The notes under the pieces are model-generated. The model was not told where the DNA came from. It searched no databases and was given only the letters and a program-made list of their open reading frames with translations. Below, in pieces: positions 49,371-61,190 of a stretch of DNA of 64,000 nucleotides. Made by a program: the position numbers and the translations under genes. Position 1 is the stretch's first letter; each line of letters begins with the position of its first letter. Origin of the DNA: Rhizophagus irregularis (taxonomy: Eukaryota); contig NC_089434.1 of assembly GCF_026210795.1 (NCBI RefSeq), positions 3,658,001 to 3,722,000 on the forward strand. Reading direction: 5' to 3'.

Positions 49371-49942
49371 ATTACCCTACCATCGTATTTATAGTGTCGG
49401 TTTTTGGGTACACTTTTTATCCTTAACTTAACCTCAATTATTTATAAAAATTATTTTTAATCCTTAATTCATGGAACTTATTTACAATATTCTATTAAAA
49501 CCCCTTCTAACTTGATTAGCCTCGCATTTCCCTTGATAATCAATTACTACCATACATATTTGGTTCATATGTATGAAAATTATTATAATAATAATTTTTC
49601 ATTGACTTATCAGCCGGTGGTCAAGTTAGATCAAAAATTTAGTTTTCAACATTATTTCTTCATACATTTATGGTCATACTTACCCAAATTAATACTTTTT
49701 ACATTGGTAACCATTATTTTCACGTATCCTTTAAAATATTTGACTTTATTTTATTAAAATTTAACATCAATACACCTTAAATTCTTTCCAACCAAGACTT
49801 AGAACTTTTAATTTTATAATTCCTTAACTTCGTCGATCCTTTATTTGTAACTTCTAATGATCACGTGGGGGTGATCATTTTCTTTTCTCAGAGATCCTGT
49901 ACTTATAACCTGTAGTGATCATGTGAGGATGATCACCTTCCT

Positions 49943-49960
49943 TTCTCGGAGCATGCACCA
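49943..49960 (-). other. Primer-binding site, 18 nt, probably tRNA-Gly
   Basis: TGGTGCATGCTCCGAGAA lies 2 nt inside the 5' LTR. Its complement TT-CTCGG-AGCATGC-A-CCA parses as T-loop end, T-stem, acceptor stem, discriminator and CCA. The ...ATGCACCA ending is typical of eukaryotic tRNA-Gly. Confidence 0.8.
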
Positions 49961-49962
49961 CT

Positions 49963-50605
49963 TGTAACACCTGAGCCCATAGAGAATTATGTTTGCCACC
50001 TCAGGTATTAACAAAATGACTCTTTATTAATAATATAAATAAATACAATAATATGCTTGGTTTAATAACATTAAATAACAAAACAAATTTCGTCTAATTT
50101 TTCTCCCTTTTCCAAAAGTTGATCTTCACGCCTTTTTATGTTTGTTTTTGTGTAACTAAATTCATAATCTCGATTCATGGATTTAAATTATTAAAGTATT
50201 TCCATTGTTTTAAAGTATTTCCATTATCTTAATTTTGTATCCATTTGATCATCATAAACTCCTGAATTATGATTTATAATATTAACGCAGTGATCAACAA
50301 ATTAATCACTTGACACCTCGGATCACTTGATTTCATCCAATTTAGTATCTTACGGATCTTCATTTATCCTTAAATCTCGTGACTAATAGTTTAAGGTCAT
50401 CACGGACCAATTACCTCAATCCATGTGATTATTAGTTTAACGACTTCTCGGTCCAATTATCCTTGATTCTCATGACTAATAGTTTAACGACTTTTCGGTC
50501 CAATTAAAATAAAAATAAAAATAAGTTAAAATTTTATACACTAAGACTAAATGTAATACTGCGCCTCACAATTAATAAATTTACTAGATATACTACGGCA
50601 TTACA
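49963..50605 (-). repeat. 5' LTR (643 bp)
   Basis: Direct repeat of 39593-40235, adjacent to the PBS. Confidence 0.97.
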
Positions 50606-50710
50606 ACAGTACGTACAGTACGATCACTGTCAAACTAAATAAATATGTTGTGTAAATTGTGGGCGTTTCAGCCGTTTCATCTTCGCTTTTTTTTTTGAAA
50701 TAATAAAAAA

Positions 50711-53700
50711 ATGTCACAAATTGATATAGATTGTGAAAAATGTGGCGACACATACACATATGTAGAAGATGGATGGTGTAGACCATGTCAAATAGATAAT
50801 TTTAAAAAAAATCTTACAAATTGGACAAGCGGAAATGAAATCATTGATAATTTAATTCAAAAAAAAAATCAAGATATTTATGGACCAAATGATATAATAT
50901 TTGAATGGATACCATACAATCAATTGAATGATATTAAAGAAATAAACAATGTTTTATATTTGGCAATATGGAAAGATGGTCCATTATACTATTGTCATCA
51001 CAAAAAGGAATATGTAAGGAAATCTAAGAATGAAAAAATCATTATTTTCAGTTTGTATGATTTACCAATTATTACCAATGAATTTTATGATAAGGTATGA
51101 AATGATTTTATTTAATCCAAAATTTTAATATATAAATATATATTTAATTGAAATATTTTTTTTTATTATTTATAATAGGTTAAATCATATTTTTCAGAAT
51201 ATTATTATTTATCAATACATGGAATATCTCAAAATCCAAATACAAAAGAATATTTTATGGTTTTTCAAGATGATCATTGTGAAAAATGTGGTAAAAAATA
51301 TACAACAGTGAAGTACAAATGGTGTGAATCATGTCAAATAAATTATTTAGAGAAAAATTTTACAAATTGGACTAGTGGAAATGAAATAGTTGATAATTTT
51401 ATTCAAGAATTTCAATTAAAAATTAATGATTACAATGATATAATAATCGAATGGATACCATATGACCAGCTTAATAATATTAAAGAAATAAGAAAAGATG
51501 GTTTTAGTACAATATATTCAACAATATGGGAGGACGGTCCTTTATATTATTGTCTTTATAAAAAAGAATATAAAAGAAAGTTAGGAAAAAAACAAGTTGC
51601 TTTAAAATATATGCATAATTCACAAAATATTACCAACGAATTATTAAGCAAGGTATGAAATTTAATATAAATATTTTTTTTTATATTGTTTTTTATACTA
51701 ATTAATTTTCAAATAAAGGGACGTAATAGTAATGCTCTTCCGATATATGGAATATCACAAAATCCAGATACAAAAGATTATATAATAGTTATTCAAGATG
51801 AATATTGTGAAAAATGTGGTGAAGAATATACAAACATATTTTATAAATGGTGTAAACCATGTCAAATAAGCAATTTAAAGGAAAATTTTATAAATTGGAC
51901 TAGTGGAAATGAAAAAGTCGATAATTTCATTCAAGATAGGCAACTAAATCATATTGATCGCTACAATGATCCAATACTTGAATGGATATCATACGAACAG
52001 TTTGACAATATTAAAGAAATAAGCAAAAATGGTATTATTACAATATGTACAGCAATATGGAAAAGTAGTCCATTAAATTATGATATAAATAAAAAAATAT
52101 ATAAGAGAGATTTTATAAATCAAAATAAAAAAGTTACTTTAATATGTTATAATACACAAGATATTATTGAATTTTTAAGCAAGGTAAGAAAGTTTCTTAT
52201 AAATTTCCTTTATATTATATTATTTTTTAGTAATGTTTTTTTCTTATTTTTAATAGGATAATTCAAAGTTATATAGGATTGATAATATATATGGATTAAC
52301 TCAAAATCTAGATACAAAAGATTATATAATGTTTCTTAAAGATAAATATTGTGAAAAATGTGGTGAAAAATATACAAATAAATTTTATAAATGGTGTAAA
52401 CCATGTGAAATAAATTATCTAAAGAAAAATTTTACAAATTGGACAAGTGGAAATGAAAAAGTCAATAATTTTATTCAAGAATTTCAACTAAAAATTAATC
52501 GTTATAATAATATAATAGTTGAATGGATACCATACAATCAGTTTGATAATATTAAAGAAATAGGTAAAAATGATTTATTTACAATATATTCAGCAATATG
52601 GAAAAATGGTCAGTTGATTTATGATAAAAATGAAAGAATATATAAAAGAAATTTAAAAAATCAGAATGAAATAGTTACTTTAAAATCATTTAATTCACAA
52701 AATATTACTGAAGAATTTTTTAATAAGGTATAAAATTTTTCTTTATTAATTTATTTTATTTTAATTATTTTGGTAATATTTTATTTTATTTTATTAGAGT
52801 AACAACTCTGTATACAGTAATAAAATATATGGAGTATCACAAAATCCAAATAATCCAAATACAAAAAATTATATTATAGTTATAAAAGAGATATATTGTG
52901 AAAATTGTGGTAAAGAATATACAGATACATTTCACAAATGGTGTAAACCATGTCAAATAAGCAATTTGAAGAAAAATTTTACAAATTGGACCAGCAAGAA
53001 TGAAAAAATTGATAAATTTATTCAAGAAATGCAATTAAAAAATTTTCATTTTACAAATATAATAGTTGAATGGATACCATATGAACAGTTTAATAATATT
53101 AAAAAAATAAACAAAGATGATTATATTACAATATGCTCAGCAATATGGAAAAATGGTCAGTTAAATTATGATCAATATAAAAAAATATATCAAAGAAATT
53201 TAAAAAATAAGAATCAAAAAATTACTTTAAAATTTTACAACTTGCAAGATAATGCTGATAAATTTTTTAATGAGGTATAAGATTCAGTTCTTTAATAAAT
53301 TATTTTATTTTATTTTCTAATGAAAATATTTTTCTAATAGGCTAATGATAATAAAATAATATATGGAATATCTCAAAATCCAGATACAAAAGATTATATT
53401 ATGGTTATTGAAAATATATATTGTGAAAAATGTAGTGAAATTTTGCATGATTCTTGGTGTAAATCATGTCAATTAGGTTATTTAAAGAAAAATTCTATAA
53501 ATTGGACCAGTGGAAATAAAAAAATCGATGAACTTATTCAAGAAATGCAATTAAAAATTAATGATAAATCTGATACAATATTTGAGTGGATACCACACAA
53601 TCAGTTTAATAAGATTGAAGAAATAGGTAAGGGAGGATTTGCCATAGTTTATTCAGCAATATGGAAGGACGGTCCATTATTTTACAAAGAAAAATTTAGA

Positions 53701-54715
53701 AGAATGAGTGGTAATAGTAGTAAAGTCGCTTTAAAATATTTGCTCAATTCATCACAAAATATTATTGATGAATTTTTAAATGAGGTAAGAAATTATATAT
53801 ATATATATATATACTGTATATAATTAAATTTTATTTTATATAAAATAATAAATTTTTTACACATTTTAATAGATTAGAGCATATTCTCTTAATTATAATG
53901 AAAATATTATCCGAATATATGGATTGTCTCAAGAACCAAATACAAAAGATTATATTATAGTTCTAGGCTATGCACGCGGAGGAAATTTATATTATCAGTT
54001 AAATAAAAATTATGATAAATTTAATTGGACGCATAAATTAGATTTAACATTGAATATTATTACAGGACTTATAAATATTCATCAAAAACAAATGGTTCAT
54101 CGTGATTTTCATGTAGGAAATTTATTAGTTGAACAAGAAACTGTATCCTTATTTAATAAAATATTTATTTCAGATATGGGATTATGTGGAGAAGTCAGTA
54201 ATATAAAAGATGAAAGCAAAATTTATGGAGTTATGCCTTATGTAGCCCCTGAAGTGTTAAAAGGTAAACCTTATACTCAAGCAGCAGATATATACAGTCT
54301 TGGCATGATTATGTATTTTATAGCAACTGGAAAACAACCTTTTGCCAATTGTGCACATGATGAGTTTTTAGTATTAAATATATGCAATGGAATTAGACCT
54401 GAAATAAACGAGTCAGAAATACCAAAAATTTACATTGATATAATGAAAAAGTGTTGGGATTCAAATCCAAATAATAGACCAAGAGCTATTGACTTAGAAA
54501 AATCAATTAGATCATTTTATTTTGGTATTGATATCTTTAATGATGAGGAAATTAAAAAGCAATTTGAAAAAGCAGAAGAATATAGAAAAGTAAATCTTTT
54601 ATCTATTAAAAGTAATCAATCAACTACTCATCCAGAAGCTCATTACACATCTCGATTACTTAATCCATTTACAAAAAATCTTTATTCAATGGAAGTTATT
54701 GACTTCACAAAGTAA
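50711..54715 (+). CDS. TKL-like protein kinase with six tandem Cys-motif/N-lobe modules. Exons 50711-51094, 51179-51652, 51719-52183, 52257-52727, 52798-53274, 53341-53784, 53873-about 54711; possibly further small exons to about 55120
   Basis: Six copies of CEKC...WCxxC...WTSGNxxIDxFIQ...EWIPY...AIWK. The last has GKGGFAIVY and VALK, followed by HRDFHVGN, DMG, YVAPE and DIYSLG. Phase-0 GT..AG introns. AA|GTAAGT at the apparent stop and downstream NLHSKEQDELEIPE suggest a spliced C-terminal tail. Confidence 0.9.
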
Positions 54716-57700
54716 GTTAGTTATGTTTATTTATTTATTTATTTTTTAATTAAAAATATTTAAAATTTATACATAACAAATTTATTTATTAATTTGTTTC
54801 CATTGTCTAAAATAAAAGACAAGCCTAAATCTAAAGGTTATACAATAATAAAGGTAAGTACATAATTTTGTTTTTAATAATAATAAAAAAATTATTTCAT
54901 AATCAATCTTTTTTTCTGTAAATTGATGTAAATTAGTAAATTATGATAATAATGAAGCTGAGTAAGTAAATAATTTTTTTCCTAATGATAATATTTATAC
55001 CTTCATAATCTTATTGGATAATAATTATATATAGATGATTATGAAACATATAATTCTTCAAACCTTCATTCAAAGGAGCAGGACGAATTAGAAATTCCCG
55101 AGATTCGGATGAATTAAACGTTAAAATAATGTATTTTTTATATAAAATATTTTTTTACTCAATTCTGAAAATCAAAATAATATTTATTTTTTTAACAGAT
55201 GTTTGCTACACTCATAATTATTAAATCAATATTATTTACTATAGTTTACTCATTATAAAATATTTTTCGTAAAATTTATCTTGCAATCTTGCAATTATTG
55301 AATAATTTTGCTAAATAAATGACAAAAAAATGGAATCATTAAATTTTATAACTAACAATGAATATCAAGTTCTGAATCATCAGTATTTTTATAAATTATA
55401 ATATACCTAAAAAAAATACAAATTCAAGCAATGATTAATTTAATATCGAAAAAATTGATTTTTGATATAAACTTAACTAGTTAGTAATTTGATTTTATTG
55501 TAATTATACCCACTATCAAATAATTTATACTAGCTTATTCAATAAACATATTATTAGTTTATTACAAAAGAACACTCTTTTAAATCAAAAATATTTTTAG
55601 ATTAAAACTAGATTATGGAAACTGCATCACAATTGTGTTTTTTTTTAATAAAGTCGCATATTTGATTTAAATTACATAATGTTTTGAGCAAATATCGTAA
55701 GAACCAAAGAAGTACATTTACTGGAATACATCCTTATCTTGTACACTGTAGTATAAACTCTGAATTAACACAACTTCCAGTTATAAACTAAAGTCCATAT
55801 TATATAATTTATTTTTACTTCTTGAAAATTTTTCTCGCATAAAGATAAAGAACCTTTAAAAATGTTGTTAATGATGAAATATGTAATATACCAGAAAATT
55901 AATAAATTATATTGCTACTACTTCGCTTAATAGTGATTGAGATTTTATTTAAATAAACTGCAATAAATTTGTATATCTCAATGAGCTAACATTCATTATT
56001 CTTTATTTGTAAATAGTATAATTATTTGTTAAGGTTTTGCTCTTATTATCATTACTAAATAAATTAGTCAACAACTCTATGTACCAATTTCGCTATAATT
56101 TAGAAAGTAGATTTGTAAATATATTTTTGCCTAATTTATAATTTATTATAGAATTTGTATTTCAAAATACATTCATCTAGCTAATACTGTAGTTGGGTTA
56201 TACTATATACTGATTTAATAGTTAAAACCATTTACTTAGTTGACATTTTTTTTTGTTCTTAATATATGGAATTTGGATTTACTAAATTCTACGCTCTATT
56301 GGAAAATTTGTCTAAACGTCATAGTAAAGAGTTAGACGCGATCATAGCGATAATTTTACTTTTTAGTTATCTTTAAATGAAAACATAATACTTTATTTAA
56401 ATCCAAGTAAGGTTCGGTAAAACTATTTGTTGTAGTTTTATGAACATTTGTTTTAATAATTTACGTCATTGACATGTTTAATAGCTTACATAAAGTGATT
56501 AGTGATTGAAAATGTAAATTTTAAAGTTTTTGTATTTTATGAATTTCGCATAACAGAACATATGATCGAAAAAAAGAACTCTTTACGCCTATCATTATGT
56601 ACACAAATTTTAGGACGGAACAAAGGTGGAAAGTTCACAAAGTCCTTGAGGAAAAGTTTTTTTTCAACACCAGACATAATACAAACTTATTTTTCACTCC
56701 TTTATCTTCGGTTTGAGACTTTTTTTGTGGGTTGTCGATAAGAAGAAAAGTATTTTAGGCCTTTTGCAAGAGTTTTACTTACCTACGGTCAAAACAGCGT
56801 TTTGAACCTATCAAAAGTTAAAGGTTTCGTTGAATCTTAAAGTACTGACGGTGAACTAGAAGTTTTGAACGGGGACTGACACTTTTTTTCCTTTAACTAT
56901 TTGCGGACTTGGACTGGACCATCTTTGAGCTTCGGGTTTCTTTGGCTTCCGGGATTTTTTTTTTTTTTTTTTGTTCTGTGGCGCAGTACAAATTCAACAC
57001 GTGCTTAGAACGAGTTATTGGGGTCGAAATTAGATTTATGGGATTTTTTTTCAGTTGGATCCAGCTCGCAATCCTGGATTTGGAATCAGGACGGGGAGAG
57101 AAGGAACAGGAGATGAATCCTGAGCGATATGGGGCGACACCGGGAATACGTCCACTAGTTATAAAATAAATTTATTTAATAATAAAGATCCTTGTTTTTG
57201 AATTATAAGAATGGTGAATGGGATATTGTATGATTTTGTTCTATTTTTTTAAAAAAGAATATTCAGCAATAAAAAAACATATTGCTTATATTCTTTCAGC
57301 TACAAAAATAAGGCTTTTGTACTATAAATATTTTAGTGCTACATGTAGCTGTTCAATAATAATTTCACTATTATCCGTGTAAACTTGTTCAATACTTGAA
57401 AAATAATAAATTAATTTTTCTTAACCAAAAAGTATAAACATTCTAACAAAAAGATCACCATAGGTATTTTCCATTATTGATATTATTATTTAGGTTTTTA
57501 TTAATCATTTTTCAAGCTGCTTATAAAGTCTTTTGTCAGAATTACCTTACTTGTAATATCTGACGAGTGACAACTAAGACATTAATTAATTAGAAAAAGG
57601 TTTACAGGTATTCATTCAGTTCAGAATCTGTTTTCAACGCCAAAGTATGTTTAATACTTAAAAGAAAATTTGAGTAATAATCTGATAGATACTGTATCTG

Positions 57701-60149
57701 ATGATTAACAAATTTTAATTTTTTTTTTCCTTTTTTTTAAGAGATTGTTATCTCTTAATTTTTCATATTAAAGAATCATGACCTGATGACAAATTTCAAT
57801 TGCAGTAAAACTAAATTAAAAAGAATTTCATGCATTCTAATTTTTGTTAATACAAATTATTGTTAATGGTTCTGTTTATATATTTGTTTTTTTTCATCCT
57901 ACTTCATTTAAGAATTTTTTTTTGATGTTTATTAAAGTGAAAAGAATGTAGGATACAAAGGACTCTGATATTTTATGATATCATATTACAAATAATTCAA
58001 ATTATTGTTACCACAAATTAAAGGTCTATTTAATAAAATGAATTTATGTATAATTGAAAGTTATAACTAAGATAATGTTGGCTAGTTATTCACTAACTTG
58101 ATTATTATTGATTAAGTTTTGGATAAAGCTTAGACTGCACCACAGGCTTATTGTTTATTTTTTCCTTTACACAGAATAATAAGCCACTTCAAAAAGAATG
58201 TTATGATGATCATATTATCAAGATATAAAATGCAATAGAATTATAGTCTATAAAGAAATAATTATTATACTTTTAATATAGGAAGAAGATTCTGTTCAGA
58301 GTGAGATTTATATTTTAAGTTATTATTAAAAATTAATTACAATTTAGAATTGAGTATATAAATTATTCCAGTTACCACAGTACATGTGGCTTTATGTGAG
58401 TACAATTAAACAAATCTAAGCCTAGAATTTTCTTTTTAATAGAAAATTTACACAGCCATTATTATTTTTTTTTATTTAAATACATTCATCAGAAGTTTCC
58501 CCTCACTAAATAGGGTTTATGGATCATTTTTTATATCCATCTTGATCAAATGATAAAACTTACTATAACCAATAAATAAGTATTTATTTATAATGCAAAC
58601 AGGGTCCAACATATTGACAAGTCATATACTCTTTACAGTAAATATAGAGATTTACCATAATATTTGAATAGAATTTTTACAAAATACTATGAATTCAATA
58701 ATTTGGGTTATAAAATTTGTAAATATTACTTTTACCAAAAATCATTGAATTGTATTAGAGAATATGCATTACTTGCAGAAAAATTGATAGTTTACTGAAA
58801 ATCTTATTTATCTCACACAATCAAAAATGTAAGAAGTATAAATGCAAGAAGCATAAAACTTTAAATAAAAGAGCTGCCTTTGACTCAACTCATATTGTTT
58901 ATACATGATATGATTTCAACCCAGAGAACTACTGGATGATGGAGCTATTGAAAGAATTATCACCAAAATATTTAACTATATATTATATAGTAATGAAGCT
59001 CATCTACTCCTACACGACCTACATCTGCAACAATTGCTGGTCGTTTTCAGATTTCTTATCAGAATTCCTTTCAACTTTTTCTGAGAATGCTAAAAGAAAT
59101 GATTTAAAAAATGTATCAGCATCGATTTTCATACCAAAAAATTCGATTTCATACATTATATTTGTAATATTTTATCATTATTACAAAATTATCATTAGTA
59201 ATTAATACTAGAAAGTACATAATTACATAATAGAAGAATAATAAAATAATATTAATTCTAAAATAATACTATCAATTCTGTAAAATCAACAATTCTCATA
59301 TCACAACTGCTTTTAAAAAATGTATTAGTTACTAATAAAACTTAAGGATTGATAGTAACATGACTGAATGACAAATATGACAGTAGTAAACACATACATG
59401 GCATATAGATCTTTATTTTACAGAATGCTCTAAATACAGAAATGCATAAAAAGTAATTAAATTGCTACTATGACTACCATTTTTGTATAAAACTAAATTA
59501 GCAATTGTTTGTAATTTATACAGTTTTATATCATAGAATCAGAATATTTTATGAATCCAGACATGAAGAAGAAAATATAGATAGACTTATTAGATATAGG
59601 AGGTCTATTACAGTCTAAATATATTAAATATTGAGTGGCTGGAGTTAATACTATAATTATTTGCAAATACAGTTTTACTATAGATTGAATATTCAAAACA
59701 TTTAACATTTACATATACAATAGAAATAAAATGTGAAAAACAAATAAAATTAAACTAGACTAAAATCAATATTATAAACTATTTTAAATAGACTGCTGTA
59801 GAGACAGTATAACAACTATCTGATGGAGACCAACCAGTTAGTTATAACAATATTTTTTTTGTCATAAAAATTTTTAATTCAATATAAAAATCATAAATTA
59901 TTTCAATATAAAGCAACATTATCATTATCATTGTTGCTATTATCTCAATTCTATTAACTTTCAATTAAGAATGGAAAAAAAGAATTGAAGAATAGATAGT
60001 GGTAGAGTAATTAATTTATAGTCTTCCTACTTTCAAAAATGATAAGAAGAGTCTTGATAATCTCAAAATTCAAGTAATTGATATTTCATCAAATATTAAA
60101 CTCCTTTGGTGGGATCTATTTTCTTTAGACTGACTACAGTAAACATCCA

Positions 60150-60312
60150 AACTGTTAAATATTTACAGAAAACTTGTCAAGATAAATAGGAAATAAATCG
60201 GCGTGTTGAGCCTTTGCACCCAATTAAAGTTGGACAACCCTTCAATAGGATAGGTATGGATATCGCCTATGACAAAGAACAGCAATAGATATATAGTGGT
60301 TGCTACCGAAAA
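60150..60312 (+). pseudogene. Gypsy integrase relic
   Basis: Translates EPLHPIKVGQPFNRIGMDI and NSNRYIVVATE, paralleling ELHPIKVVEPWYQIGIDF and NKYIIVAMD in the intact element. Confidence 0.75.
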
Positions 60313-60428
60313 TATAAATCATCCATAAGAACAAAGTTAATATAAAGATATAATAGGATAAGCTGTTAAAGAAGAAAAAGAAAAATAATAATTTGTAGAT
60401 TATTTACTGCTAATTTTTAGTTTTACTT

Positions 60429-60584
60429 AAATATTAATTAATCATAAAAGTTATATTAATGAGGCCCTTTTGGTTATAGAACAAGTTTAATCTAGAACTT
60501 ACAAATATTAATTAATCATAAAAGTTATATTAATGAGGCCCTTTTGGTTATAGAACAAGTTTAATCTAGAACTTACAAATATTA
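60429..60584. repeat. Perfect 74-bp tandem duplication
   Basis: aaatattaattaatcataaaagttatattaatgaggccc...agaacttac starts at 60429 and again at 60503. Confidence 0.9.
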
Positions 60585-60779
60585 TTCATACAAATAGATT
60601 ACAAGATGATGTAAAGGAAGAGGTTAAAGGGAATGGGAAGACAATTTACTAAACTGTTGCATACTGGATTTATAAAAATCAGGAGCTGACTATATTCCAC
60701 TATCTGACTATGTAAAATTATCAGATAAACACCATCAAAGGCAAAGATGACACTAGAAAGCCATAAATTGAAGGAAGAG

Positions 60780-61190
60780 CAAAAAGAAGCTACTTTTATT
60801 CAAGTCGATTCTTCAATTCGAAACCATGTTATTTCCCATGGCTTTTTCAAGGCTAAAATAGGAAGAAGCTATGATAATGATAGAATAAAGCTTTTGTCAC
60901 ATATGCTTTATTATTAATACTTATTTTTCAATGTTTCATGAGCAATGATTTTTTCTTTTACCCTTCTAAATTCAAAAACACTGGTTATTTCAACAGCCTA
61001 GATTCAGACAATGCAAATTGGTGTACTATCAAATACATTAGTACCTTTGGAAAAATCCACATTTAACTGAGTGAAAATTGGTTACATCATTTTGAGCATG
61101 ATAAATTTCAAAATCGTGGAGCAATTCATACACATGGTATTGCTTATTTATCCAAATCCATTCCAGAATCCAATGTTATTAGAGCAGATA
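60780..61190 (+). pseudogene. Helitron Rep (HUH endonuclease) relic
   Basis: 61082-61189 reads LHHFEHDKFQNRGAIHTHGIAYL, matching the Helitron EFQxRGxxHxH motif. Upstream ETMLFPWLF fragment. Confidence 0.65.

Larger units (their letters stand above)
39593..50605 (-). mobile_element. Full-length Ty3/Gypsy LTR retrotransposon (11,013 bp), atypical multi-ORF organisation
   Basis: Two 643-bp TG..CA LTRs, 4-bp TSD ACAG (39589-92, 50606-09), PBS and PPT. Domain order gag-PR-RT-RH-IN on the minus strand. Confidence 0.97.
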
